A stretch of DNA of 64,000 bases. It comes from a virus (Duplodnaviria; Heunggongvirae; Uroviricota; Caudoviricetes). The notes beneath the pieces were generated by a model that worked only from the letters and a program-made list of their open reading frames with translations, did no database searches and was not told the DNA's origin. This document shows, one piece after another, positions 17,337 through 26,585 of this stretch. Numbering within the stretch: position 1 is the first letter of the stretch; every line of letters starts with the position of its first letter. The stretch lies in IMG/VR virus record IMGVR_UViG_3300031088_000819. One strand, given 5' to 3'. Made by a program: the position numbers and the translations under genes.

Positions 17337-17897
17337 GTGGCAACTGTGAAGATCGCCACTGACGGCAGCTGTCTGAAGAATCCCGGTGGTAAAACGGGTT
17401 GGGCTTGGGTTGCAGAGAACGGCCAATGGCAGTCCGGAAGCGTAGCCGAGGGCTCCAATAACATCGGTGAACTCATGGCAGCTATAGCTGCGCTCAAGGC
17501 CTCCAGGAAAGTGGCGGAAGTCCATCTGGAGATCGACTCCCAGTATGTGCTCAACATCATCCAGAAGTGGGGCAAGGCGTGGCGTCGCAGGGGCTGGAAG
17601 AAAGCCAATGGGGAGCCCGTAGCAAATGCCGATCTCGTGGCGAAGCTCATGGAGCTAGCCGATAGGCCGGGGCTGACTATGGAGTGGGTAAAGGGCCACA
17701 ACGGCCACTGGCTCAACGAGTTCGCCGATGAGCAGGCGGGACTCGCAGCTCGGAATCAGACCCCGACGCTCAAAGGCCGCTACACTAGAGAGCAGATCGA
17801 GGCCCAGAAACTGGCCGACACAAAGAAGCGGCCGAAGGATCGCCGCACGGCCTCTGGCTTCAAGCCACCCAAGGGTAGGACTCCCAAGAAGAGCTGA
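17337..17897 (+). CDS. rnhA: ribonuclease HI
   Basis: TDGSCLKNPG, ELMAAIAAL, DSQYV, GW and EWVKGHNGH..NE.AD motifs match RNase HI throughout. Probable GTG start. Confidence 0.85.
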   Translation: MATVKIATDGSCLKNPGGKTGWAWVAENGQWQSGSVAEGSNNIGELMAAIAALKASRKVAEVHLEIDSQYVLNIIQKWGKAWRRRGWKKANGEPVANADLVAKLMELADRPGLTMEWVKGHNGHWLNEFADEQAGLAARNQTPTLKGRYTREQIEAQKLADTKKRPKDRRTASGFKPPKGRTPKKS

Positions 17898-17910
17898 CAT
17901 GGCCCCGTGG

Positions 17911-17948
17911 TTGCGAAAAGTCCATTGGTGGCATATGATGGAACTATG
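17911..17948 (+). promoter_or_regulatory. sigma70-like leaderless promoter
   Basis: TTGCGA, N17, TATGAT at 17934-17939, N6, ATG at 17946. Confidence 0.55.
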
Positions 17949-18296
17949 ACCGCAAACCCTCAGCAGTTGCTCATCGAAGCACTCGCCCAGAGTGCAGCCG
18001 CCCGTGACGCCATGGAGAGCTACACTCTGGCTTTTCTGACAGATCCTGAGTTCTCCACGGAGTATGCTCTGGAGGCCGCCAACGCTGGTGGCATGCTGCA
18101 GACAAAGGGCTACTATCAGCTCCAAGATCTCACAGACGAGCATGATCGGCTGCTTCAGTTTCTCAGCGCCTTCATGGGCGACTTCTCTCAGGAGCTGGGA
18201 GCGCTGTTGAAGGAGAGCGATCTCCTCGGTGTAGCCTACAACCGAGCACTGGATAAGCTCAAGGCCATGGATCCCAACAGCTTCGATGAGAACTAG
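17946..18296 (+). CDS. hypothetical protein
   Basis: Leaderless start. 116 aa. Confidence 0.5.
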   Translation: MTANPQQLLIEALAQSAAARDAMESYTLAFLTDPEFSTEYALEAANAGGMLQTKGYYQLQDLTDEHDRLLQFLSAFMGDFSQELGALLKESDLLGVAYNRALDKLKAMDPNSFDEN

Positions 18297-18305
18297 GAGG
18301 TAGCT

Positions 18306-18668
18306 ATGAGCAGTTTCACTAGCCAAAATCTCTCCGAAGTAAGGGGAGAAGATGCTCCTGCGGGAAGCTACAAGATCACCACCGTCAATGGCTCGATCTA
18401 TTTCGTGGAGGTTCCCGAAGAGGGACCTGCGCTGATGACTCGCTCCAAGGATGGCTTCCCTAGGGACCCCGAACACGGCGTTGCTAGTCTCGATCTTTAC
18501 CGGGATGGAGAGGCTGTGGAGCTCATGGGTTGGTATGCCCACGTGGGTGGCTATGGCGCTCATTTCCTCTACTTTGATCCCGCAGCGAGGGCTGAGGTTT
18601 CGGAAGCCAACTACTCGGGAACTCGCCGTTGGACTTCTGCGGTTGTATCCATCGAAAAGGTTGCCTAA
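18306..18668 (+). CDS. hypothetical protein
   Basis: SD GGAGG upstream. Confidence 0.5.
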   Translation: MSSFTSQNLSEVRGEDAPAGSYKITTVNGSIYFVEVPEEGPALMTRSKDGFPRDPEHGVASLDLYRDGEAVELMGWYAHVGGYGAHFLYFDPAARAEVSEANYSGTRRWTSAVVSIEKVA

Positions 18669-18669
18669 G

Positions 18670-18996
18670 ATGAGCTCCAATGATCCCCTCCAGGGCCCCG
18701 ACGGCTCGGCCGAAGAAAACGGCTTCCAGCTCACAGATGCTGACATGGCCTATGTGGCCAATGCCCGCGATCTCCACGAGCTCACCGACGGGGTTTTTCT
18801 AGAGCCCATGCTAGAGCTCATCGAGGGGTCTGCGTCCGTGATCTTTGCTAATCCAGCTATCGGTGCTTCTGTCATCAGCTCAATCCGCAAGCTCAGCGAA
18901 GAGGATCGTAGCAGCTCCTTCGCGGCGGGCTTCTCCAGTGGATTGGGCTACTCCAGGGAACTTCTTGACAGAGCTGTTGGCGAGTCTGAGCTCTAA
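18670..18996 (+). CDS. hypothetical protein
   Basis: ATG overlaps the upstream TAA (TAAGATG). Confidence 0.4.
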   Translation: MSSNDPLQGPDGSAEENGFQLTDADMAYVANARDLHELTDGVFLEPMLELIEGSASVIFANPAIGASVISSIRKLSEEDRSSSFAAGFSSGLGYSRELLDRAVGESEL

Positions 18997-19035
18997 CACC
19001 ACCCATTTTAGAAAATAGATTAGAACGGATAGATC

Positions 19036-19365
19036 ATGGTAAACTCCAAAACTTCTGAAACCGACGACACCAAGCGCTTCCCCCGAGGTAAGGCCATCGG
19101 AGGGGTAGCCCTCCTGGTGGTCTACGTGGTTGGCTGCATGCTCTTCGATCCCGATGTGGATGCACTGAGGCTCTACGAAGGTCCAGGAGGAAGCGTTCTC
19201 ACTGGAGTCTTCGCTGTAGCGCTTCTGGCTTCCCTCGTAGTGGCGGTAATGCTCCTGGCTAAGGTGGTTGGGCCACTGGGCACTAAGCTCTCCTCCTGGA
19301 TGGAGCGGAACATGGCAGAGCTCACCGAAGAGATGGAAAATCAGGCCAAGAATAACCGCCGCTAG
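19036..19365 (+). CDS. small membrane protein
   Basis: Two TM helices. 109 aa. Confidence 0.5.
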   Translation: MVNSKTSETDDTKRFPRGKAIGGVALLVVYVVGCMLFDPDVDALRLYEGPGGSVLTGVFAVALLASLVVAVMLLAKVVGPLGTKLSSWMERNMAELTEEMENQAKNNRR

Positions 19366-19394
19366 ATCTTCTGCTAGCCTCGGCGGCATTGGAG

Positions 19395-19462
19395 TTGCTC
19401 CAATATTTCGGATAGTGTAGAGTGGCTTTCAACTACACCACAACCAAACCTAGAAAGTTGCC
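19395..19462 (+). promoter_or_regulatory. sigma70-like promoter with CA-rich leader
   Basis: TTGCTC, N17, TAGAGT at 19418-19423, then leader AACTACACCACAACCAAACC. Confidence 0.5.
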
Positions 19463-20779
19463 ATGAGTAAGAAAATCTCAGAGCTCACCAGCGAAGAGCT
19501 CCAGGGCGCCAACCACGGAGCTCTAGCGTCAGCCTACGGACAGCTCGTCGGGGCCTCCCTCGCCGAAGACGGCAGCTATTTCACCACAAAGATGCTAGAA
19601 GAGTTCATCTATGCCCTAACCAAGGGCATGAGGCCTTCTCAGCCAAGTGGGCTTCCACCCCACTTCGACGCGATCATCGAGGAGCGCGAGCAGAGCCGCC
19701 ACGATGTGGACAGCTTCTGGAAGAGCGTGTGGCTGAGCCGCATGGAGAAGCTCTTCCTCCACTCCGATGACTGGGAGCGGGGCTATGAGCACAAGACCTT
19801 CACCGCAACCACTCGCCACATCGAGACTGGACGCAAGGTGAGCACGCTCGCGGAGGGTACTCAGGAGTACTTCTACCGCAAGAAAGATGGGGCTTTCATC
19901 TCTATCCATCGGGATAGCTACGGAGATATCTACCTCACCGTTTGGCATGAGAGCGGAGTAGATTCCTCCGCAGCTATCGATCCCATCCTCGACTACGTGG
20001 AGGATCCTGACCCCTACGATGGAAAGGTGCTTCGGCTCTCAGCTTCGGGCATTAAGATCATGGATCTTGCCGAAGAGGAGCTTACACCCTACGATGAGAG
20101 TGTAGAGTCGGCTATCTCCTGGATGAGCTCCATCGGGAAAGAATCGGTGCGAGAGGCGCTCAAGAAGGCCAAGCTACCAGCCCGCGCGGGGCTTCTGCTC
20201 GATGGCCCTCCCGGCTCTGGTAAGACCACACTAGCCCGTCGGGTTGCACGGGACCTCTCAGTCCAGGGAACTACTGTCGTCTATGCAACGCCTGAGCTAG
20301 ACATCGAAAGCATCTTCTCCTTCGCAGACAGCTACGAGCCCGTGCTCATCATTCTCGAGGATGTGGAGTCCTTCTTCGGCGAGCGGGGCATGAGTGATTT
20401 CAGCAGCTTCCTCAACGTGCTGGATGGCATGGATCAGGAGGGCGGCAAGATGGTGCTCGCAACCACCAACGATTCTTCGAAGTTCGATGAGGCCGTGAAG
20501 CGTCCCGGTCGCCTCGAGCGCCGAGCTGTTATCTCTGACATCAAAGCCGGAGCCCACGAGGAGATGCTTTCCACACGGCTTCCCCTCGAGGATGAGCTCA
20601 CCATTAGCGCACTGGTGAAGGTCATTCGGATGAAGATGGAGGGCAAGACAATCACTCCAGCGGTGGTGGATTCCCTCGCACGCCATGCGATCATGCTGGG
20701 CATCGAGGGCGACGAACTCATCACCTACGCTTCGAAGGAATGGGAGCCCCACTACGATGGAGCTTCCTACATCGATTGA
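19463..20779 (+). CDS. AAA-family ATPase with an unknown N-terminal domain
   Basis: Walker A GPPGSGKTT, Walker B LIILEDVESF, sensor-1 ATTND, and Arg finger in RPGRLERR. Confidence 0.8.
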   Translation: MSKKISELTSEELQGANHGALASAYGQLVGASLAEDGSYFTTKMLEEFIYALTKGMRPSQPSGLPPHFDAIIEEREQSRHDVDSFWKSVWLSRMEKLFLHSDDWERGYEHKTFTATTRHIETGRKVSTLAEGTQEYFYRKKDGAFISIHRDSYGDIYLTVWHESGVDSSAAIDPILDYVEDPDPYDGKVLRLSASGIKIMDLAEEELTPYDESVESAISWMSSIGKESVREALKKAKLPARAGLLLDGPPGSGKTTLARRVARDLSVQGTTVVYATPELDIESIFSFADSYEPVLIILEDVESFFGERGMSDFSSFLNVLDGMDQEGGKMVLATTNDSSKFDEAVKRPGRLERRAVISDIKAGAHEEMLSTRLPLEDELTISALVKVIRMKMEGKTITPAVVDSLARHAIMLGIEGDELITYASKEWEPHYDGASYID

Positions 20780-20795
20780 GCAAAAGGAAAACACT

Positions 20796-20996
20796 ATGGC
20801 TGAGAATAGCCGAAATGTGCTAGAAGTTGCCGATGGTAAGTACACCATCGTAGGCATCGAAGATGGCAAGCTCCATGCCCTTCGCCACGGAGAGCCTTGG
20901 AGAGATCTCGTTGGAGACAAGCTAGTGCTTTCTCTGGCCCAAGAGCTCCTAGAGGCCAGAGAGGCCCTCCGGGAAAGGAACCACGTAGAGCCATGA
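20796..20996 (+). CDS. hypothetical protein
   Basis: SD AAAGGA upstream of the ATG. Confidence 0.4.
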   Translation: MAENSRNVLEVADGKYTIVGIEDGKLHALRHGEPWRDLVGDKLVLSLAQELLEAREALRERNHVEP

Positions 20997-21421
20997 CGGA
21001 AAAGCGTTCAGCATCTGCAGATGAGGTTGCGCTTCGAGCGCTGAAGGCCACAGCTTTTAGGACCGGAGACTGGCTTTTCTATAGGTATTGGCCCGAAGGC
21101 TCCGATGAGCTAGTGCTCATGGTGAATGCCAGCGATTTCTTCCATTGGGCTAGCGCAGATGCCGTGGAGATCACGCCCGAAAACATCGAGCTCTTCGAAG
21201 CCACAATCGCCGAGGTTAAGGCGCTGGGAGCTAAGCTCGGACAGAACTTCGAAGATGATGATGTGCTCCTCTTCGCAGCTAGAGCCAGGGGCATGAGACC
21301 CCAGGGTGCCTACTATAAGCATCTTCCAAAGGAGCTCTGGAGTCTCTTTGATGGAGCGGGACCCGCCCGCGATGTGGACAAGTCTGCCTTTGGAAACCCC
21401 GTGGCGCAGCCTTCCTCCTAA
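20993..21421 (+). CDS. hypothetical protein
   Basis: ATGA start/stop overlap with the upstream gene. Confidence 0.5.
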   Translation: MTEKRSASADEVALRALKATAFRTGDWLFYRYWPEGSDELVLMVNASDFFHWASADAVEITPENIELFEATIAEVKALGAKLGQNFEDDDVLLFAARARGMRPQGAYYKHLPKELWSLFDGAGPARDVDKSAFGNPVAQPSS

Positions 21422-21425
21422 TCCC

Positions 21426-21950
21426 ATGCAAACTTTCCTACCCTACAGTAATTTCCAGAGAACCGCTGAAGTTCTAGACGGGAAGAGACTGGGCAAACAG
21501 CGAGTGGAGACCTACCAGCTGCTTCTACAGCTCTGCGGCGTGAAAATGCTCGACTATCCCCACTGGGAACCTCGCCTGGGAGGATGGGATCATCCAGCTG
21601 CAGCTATGTGGGCTGGCCATGAGCGCTCACTATTGGACTACCAGAAGGCCATCTGCAATGAATGGACTAGCAGAGGCTTCCGGGACACTACCCTAGAAAA
21701 ATCTTCCCTTGTCTTGGAGCTCATCGGTGAAAGCTCTTGGACCGAAGAACCACCTCCTTGGCTAGGCATAGAGGATGTCCATCGCTCTCACAGGTCAAAT
21801 CTCCTAAGGAAAGACCCCGACTACTACAGCAAGTTCTTCGATGAATCTCCAGAGCTTCCCTACATCTGGCCCACAACTAGCTGGGATCTCTTGGAGCGAA
21901 AGAGAAGTAACTTCCAGAGAGCCAAGGAGCTCTTTGAAGATTTTAGATAG
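21426..21950 (+). CDS. hypothetical protein (begins MQTFLPYSNFQRTAEVLDGKRLGKQRVE)
   Basis: 174 aa. Weak resemblance to N-termini of pyrimidine-dimer glycosylase-like families; not secure. Confidence 0.45.
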   Translation: MQTFLPYSNFQRTAEVLDGKRLGKQRVETYQLLLQLCGVKMLDYPHWEPRLGGWDHPAAAMWAGHERSLLDYQKAICNEWTSRGFRDTTLEKSSLVLELIGESSWTEEPPPWLGIEDVHRSHRSNLLRKDPDYYSKFFDESPELPYIWPTTSWDLLERKRSNFQRAKELFEDFR

Positions 21951-22037
21951 CCTAGTGCTTGTAGCTCCGTTGCTCTAGGATGTTAGAACCTATTTAAAGA
22001 TTCTGGGGATCTTGTTTCCACTACCATCGAGGTTGTT

Positions 22038-22850
22038 TTGAGTGCTGCCAAATACCACATAAGCCCTAAAGTGGGCGTGGCTCTCTGCAGAGCAAAGGAA
22101 CGGAAATGCAGATATGGGGAAGCCAGCGAGCACTATAGCTCCGCAGAGGAAGCCCTTGCGGCCTATGAGAAGCAGCAATCCGCCTCTCTCTTCCCCGAGC
22201 CAAGCAGCAGGAAAGAGCTCTGGGGAGAAGTTGGAGAAGATGGATGGCTCACAGATGAGTCCGCCCAGAAAGCTCTTCCCCACGGAGTGTACTGCCCCAG
22301 CTGCAATCAGACGCCATCTCTAGAAAACTGCCAACAGCTATTGTTGAATGATTATGCAACATGTAGCTGTGGGAAATGGTATGACATTGGAGAGGCGAAG
22401 GTTGAGCTGCTTCCAGACAACCCATCCCACAAATTCCTAAAGCCAGAGGCGGTCTACGAAGCAACTTGGTATCACGCTACTTGGAAAGATAATTGGCTTG
22501 AAACCAATGATGATGGGGATGAATCCTTCAGCATCCACGTGGGAACGGAACAGGCCTCCTATGATCGTGGAATTGGCGAATATGTGAGCAGGGTGCCAAA
22601 ACACGACGGCGAGTTCTATCTCTATGAGGTGAGAGTGAAACCCGAAGCGCCGATAGCTAAGGACATAGCGGATGATGACAATGGGGTTGAGGCGGAAGAC
22701 GGTGAAGTGGTCCGCTACATAAACCGCTGGGAGGACATGGCCTCTATCTCGTTGGCAGTTCCTTCTGACAAGGTGGAGATCGTCTCTAAGAAGGTCGTGG
22801 GTGGAGCCAAGGCGAAGACTCGGATTTCGCTCTACAATGTGCGGCCATAG
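22038..22850 (+). CDS. member 1 of a paralog family with an N-terminal Cys-Cys-His module
   Basis: N-terminal KYHISPKVGVALCRAKERKCRYGEASEHY..AYE. Probable TTG start. The C-terminal domain resembles that of 37279-38016. Confidence 0.5.
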   Translation: MSAAKYHISPKVGVALCRAKERKCRYGEASEHYSSAEEALAAYEKQQSASLFPEPSSRKELWGEVGEDGWLTDESAQKALPHGVYCPSCNQTPSLENCQQLLLNDYATCSCGKWYDIGEAKVELLPDNPSHKFLKPEAVYEATWYHATWKDNWLETNDDGDESFSIHVGTEQASYDRGIGEYVSRVPKHDGEFYLYEVRVKPEAPIAKDIADDDNGVEAEDGEVVRYINRWEDMASISLAVPSDKVEIVSKKVVGGAKAKTRISLYNVRP

Positions 22851-22994
22851 GTAGCTGCTTAGTCCCTCGCCAATGCGTATAGATTGCGATCTGAGTGACT
22901 TTTGCCCGTGATTGCCACAACCCTATTAGCTGAGCATTCTGTCGTCTTAGATCGCCGCCATTGCCTTTCCGCTATCTTTGTGTAGCATAGTGCT

Positions 22995-23285
22995 ATGGCC
23001 ATATTAGATGTAGACACAGCTGACAAAGAGCTGCTCGAAGCCGATTGCGATCTCGAAGATCTCTTCGGCGATAGGCTCGCCTGTGAGCAAAAGGACCACG
23101 ATGTGGACAGCGCTCACCACGATGTGGGTGCTCCTGCCACGGTGCGGGGCTATGCGCCTTGTGGCGACACCATGAACATCTGCGCAAAGTTCGCAAAGGC
23201 CTATCTCAATGACGGATGGCGAGTTGTAAGCTGCGAATGTGGCGCACGCCATCTCAGCAGCCAGTTCCGCTTCATAGCGATCTAA
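22995..23285 (+). CDS. small Cys-rich protein
   Basis: TAGCAT, N6, ATG. 96 aa. Confidence 0.45.
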   Translation: MAILDVDTADKELLEADCDLEDLFGDRLACEQKDHDVDSAHHDVGAPATVRGYAPCGDTMNICAKFAKAYLNDGWRVVSCECGARHLSSQFRFIAI

Positions 23286-23480
23286 GGAGAGCCATTGTGG
23301 ATGATCTCGTAAGGAGAATGCTTGAGCTCGCCTGGCAGCAGAAAATAGACAGTGGGCTCATTGCCCACTTGGACTTTCCCACTCCAGTAATAGATTCTGA
23401 TTTGGGCGGCGAAGAGTAGCTGCACAGATTCTCCGTGTGAGCATTTTGCCCTCGGGCGCAGCGTGGTGTATGGTAAATCC

Positions 23481-23864
23481 ATGCGCACCACCAAGCAGAT
23501 GAGCAGCAAGGATAAGACTCTTCTCTCTCGGGCGTCTGAGCTCGCATCCCACTCCAGTGAAAAGTACCGCCACGGTGCTATCATCACCCGCGGAGGTAAG
23601 ACGCTGGCCATCGGCATCAACAGGGCCATCAACAATCCCAACCACGTCACTGACCCTAAGACCGGCGCCTCTATCCATGCCGAAATCGCTGCTCTCAACG
23701 CTTGCCGCAAGTCCAATCTCGAGGGCGCTACGATCTACGTGGCTCGCATCCTCAAGGATGGCTCCCCGGCCATGAGCAAGCCCTGTCTGCGGTGCCAGAA
23801 GGCTCTCCGCAAGGCTGGCATCAAGAAGGTTTTCTACACCATCGACTCGGAGCTGGAGCTCTGA
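23481..23864 (+). CDS. dCMP/cytidine deaminase
   Basis: Zinc-binding HAEIAAL and PCLRCQKAL (H-A-E ... P-C-x-x-C) motifs. Start could be GTG at 23463. Confidence 0.8.
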   Translation: MRTTKQMSSKDKTLLSRASELASHSSEKYRHGAIITRGGKTLAIGINRAINNPNHVTDPKTGASIHAEIAALNACRKSNLEGATIYVARILKDGSPAMSKPCLRCQKALRKAGIKKVFYTIDSELEL

Positions 23865-24060
23865 GTTGTGGTCAACTATCCATCATAGGTGATACAATCT
23901 AACTATGAGTCCGCGGATTGGGCTCGTGATTTCAGTGCTCCTGCGCAGCATTGAGCTAAATCGAAAGCTACTTGGTAGACAGCCGCCATCCATTTTTGTT
24001 GAGCTATTTGAAACATGGATAGTCTAGGCGCAGGTTGGCTGTTCAAGATTTGATTTCAAC

Positions 24061-24999
24061 ATGGCAAAAAACAACAAACTCAAGCGAAGTGCCCAGCTCT
24101 TTTCCAAGGAGTATGGCCTCCCCTATCTCGCCTCTTTGAGAGCTGTGGACGAGCCGCTCCATGGCCTCCGAGACTACCTCTCCGTTGGCTCAGCTTTGAA
24201 AAGCTCAATCTCTAGGGGCCACTTCCAGGTCGTTGGGTCTAAAAGCATCTACGCTAGGGGCTTCGAAGTTCCATTTCATCCCGCCGGTGGCAGAGGCTAC
24301 AGAGGATTCATCAAAGAGCAAGATCTAACCCACTACTCCACAGACGGCGACTTCTTCAGAGACCTAGCTCGAAGAGTTTCCCTATTAGAGCGCTATGGCG
24401 CCAAGGATATATGGCACTATAGGACTCTCAGACGGGCTGGAATGCTTCCAGAATCTGCAGATGAACTTGAGCCATTCTTCGACCACTACGGATTCCATAG
24501 CTCTCGTCTAGAGGGATCCCTCTGGGGAGAAACCATGCGCGTGGGTATCTATGGAGTCAGTCTAAGCTCCTATCTTGAATCAGCTCCCGGTTCGACACTT
24601 CTTCCCCTAGAAATCAGCCAGCATGAGCTGCTCATTGCTGGCAAGAACCCCGATGGAGCTCTGAGCCGATTCTTGGAGCACTACAATAGCCAAAGAGAAC
24701 TATTGGAAGACAGAGGAAGCGCCTATAGCCATCTCGCCACATCCCAGCCGAGTTCAGCTTTCTATCCCGGCTCAAATGTCCCTCGCCTTCTGGTGCTTTT
24801 CAGGGAAGGGGAAAATGCCAATGGAAAGTCCCCCGAGGAGAGACTGGAATCTCTGGGGCTAAATCCGAATAGCTTTAGAACGGAGAGATTCTCCAAGAAC
24901 GAAAAGGCTGAAACTGCGCTCGTGAGGGGAGTGGCCACTCTAAGGGTTAATGGAGCTGTCGTCCGGCAGGGAGATCCCCTGGGGCTGCTCATAGCTTAG
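24061..24999 (+). CDS. hypothetical protein
   Basis: 312 aa ORF with mid GC. No motif recognised. Confidence 0.5.
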   Translation: MAKNNKLKRSAQLFSKEYGLPYLASLRAVDEPLHGLRDYLSVGSALKSSISRGHFQVVGSKSIYARGFEVPFHPAGGRGYRGFIKEQDLTHYSTDGDFFRDLARRVSLLERYGAKDIWHYRTLRRAGMLPESADELEPFFDHYGFHSSRLEGSLWGETMRVGIYGVSLSSYLESAPGSTLLPLEISQHELLIAGKNPDGALSRFLEHYNSQRELLEDRGSAYSHLATSQPSSAFYPGSNVPRLLVLFREGENANGKSPEERLESLGLNPNSFRTERFSKNEKAETALVRGVATLRVNGAVVRQGDPLGLLIA

Positions 25000-25068
25000 A
25001 GCTCTAAACCAGGAAGTGTGGCCATTGTTAGAACAGTTGCCACACTTTTCCGCTTCCAAGGAGCTCCC

Positions 25069-25701
25069 ATGGCCAAGTGGCACTACAACCCGGAGACGGG
25101 CGACACCGGCAGATGCCGCGCTGTCTACAAGTGCAGATATGAGCTCTCCGAAGATGAGCACTACGGCTCCGCCCGGGAGGCCTCTCGGGCCTACGAGGAG
25201 CACCAGTCGGCAGCTGTTTTCAAGACTGTAAGCAAGCTGCCGGACTACCCCCAGGTGAGCGAGCCCCGAATAGCTGCAGAGAAGAGTTCTAATAGCTACC
25301 ACTATCAGGAGCTCTGGCTGAGAGATGAGAATGGGAAGCCTGCGGCCTATGTGAAGGTCAATAGGCTCACCTGGGGTGAGCTCGCCGATGGGTCCTATGG
25401 CTACAAGCCGGGAATAGTTGTCTGTGACATCGAGATCAGCCCCGACCACCGGGGCCAGAACTACGCTCTAGCTGCCATACGGAAGCTCCAGGAATCCAAT
25501 GGTGGAGAGCCCGTGGAGTTCACCGGTACTTTTTCGGAAGCTGGCTACAGGATGTACCAGCGGTTGGAGAAGCTGGGCCAAGAGGCGGGAACTCCCCTGG
25601 TGAAGATCTCCCACGGTGAGCGACTCAAAGAGCCAAGCCCTGGAGAAGAGTACAGCTTCGTGGACGATTGGGCAGAAGAGCGGGGCAAGTATCAGCTCTG
25701 A
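25069..25701 (+). CDS. Cys-Cys-His module fused to a GNAT acetyltransferase-like domain
   Basis: N-terminal KWHYNPETGDTGRCRAVYKCRYELSEDEHY..AYE. C-terminal VCDIEISPDHRGQNYALAAIRKL resembles GNAT motif A. SD AAGGAG. Confidence 0.55.
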   Translation: MAKWHYNPETGDTGRCRAVYKCRYELSEDEHYGSAREASRAYEEHQSAAVFKTVSKLPDYPQVSEPRIAAEKSSNSYHYQELWLRDENGKPAAYVKVNRLTWGELADGSYGYKPGIVVCDIEISPDHRGQNYALAAIRKLQESNGGEPVEFTGTFSEAGYRMYQRLEKLGQEAGTPLVKISHGERLKEPSPGEEYSFVDDWAEERGKYQL

Positions 25702-25702
25702 G

Positions 25703-25768
25703 TTGCATGGCTTGGCTGCTTGGTGTACTGTAGAACTACACCAACCAAACACGATCCTAGAAGGAATC
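25703..25768 (+). promoter_or_regulatory. sigma70-like promoter with CA-rich leader
   Basis: TTGCAT, N17, TACTGT at 25726-25731, then GAACTACACCAACCAAACAC leader and SD GAAGGAA. Confidence 0.55.
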
Positions 25769-26197
25769 ATGAAGATCACTGTTGCTAACACTGTCGAGGC
25801 TGTCAACATTGTTAAGAACGATGATGGCACTGTGAGCATCGAGCTCAAGGGCGTGGACGCTGTCCGAGCTGAGGTGAAGCAGATCGCAAAGAAGCCCGCT
25901 GGCGGCATCAAGCTCATTCACAGTGGAGTTCGAGGCATTCCCGTGCTCTCCCGGGCCCAGAACGAGAAGATCACAGCCAGCAAGTGTGGCGTTCCCTTCA
26001 TGGACAGCAAGCTTCGACAGAAGCTCATTGAGAACGGCGCCCCCATGCTCGTTCGCGTCAATGTCTCTGATGCTAATATGTATACCAGCCAGAAGTCCGC
26101 TGCGAAGCACGGCATTCAGCTTCGCTTTGAGGCCACTCACAAGATTGAGGGAGACACCAACGCTCGAGGTAACGTCTACGCTGAGCTCGTCTGGTAG
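25769..26197 (+). CDS. hypothetical protein, probably strongly expressed
   Basis: 142 aa ORF framed by a consensus promoter and a strong terminator. Confidence 0.55.
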   Translation: MKITVANTVEAVNIVKNDDGTVSIELKGVDAVRAEVKQIAKKPAGGIKLIHSGVRGIPVLSRAQNEKITASKCGVPFMDSKLRQKLIENGAPMLVRVNVSDANMYTSQKSAAKHGIQLRFEATHKIEGDTNARGNVYAELVW

Positions 26198-26207
26198 AAA
26201 GCACTAT

Positions 26208-26241
26208 AAGAGGGGCGCCGCTGCGGCGCCCCCTCTTATTA
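26208..26241 (+). terminator. intrinsic terminator
   Basis: AAGAGGGGCGCCG ctgc GGCGCCCCCTCTT, a perfect 13 bp stem, followed by ATTAGC. Confidence 0.7.
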
Positions 26242-26585
26242 GCATGAGCCAATGTTTTGAAGTCTAAAAGCAGTCTAGCAATGTTGTAGATGGCGATCTA
26301 TATGCCCTATGGTAGCCTTAGCAGCACGAGACAAATGAATAACATCATGGAGATTTTCTAGCGCCTCCTAGATGTTTTCAGCATCGAGAAATTTCTCCTC
26401 GCTTGAGAAAATCTCATTTATCTTCCCCTGGCTATCGCAGCATCTTTGTAGTTCACTATAGATTTGGTTCAATGTGGTGTAATTCTGGTTCAATATGGCG
26501 CATTATGCGACCATCTTCTAATCCGTGTATGCAAACAGAACTCGCTTTGATATAGCTATTGTCTTTATTTTATAGCGAGGTTAGC

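Noticed and set aside
23297-23419. 40-codon ORF with a GTG start behind an AAGGAGAG SD
   Set aside because: Too short and featureless to call. It could be real, but I did not list it as a feature.
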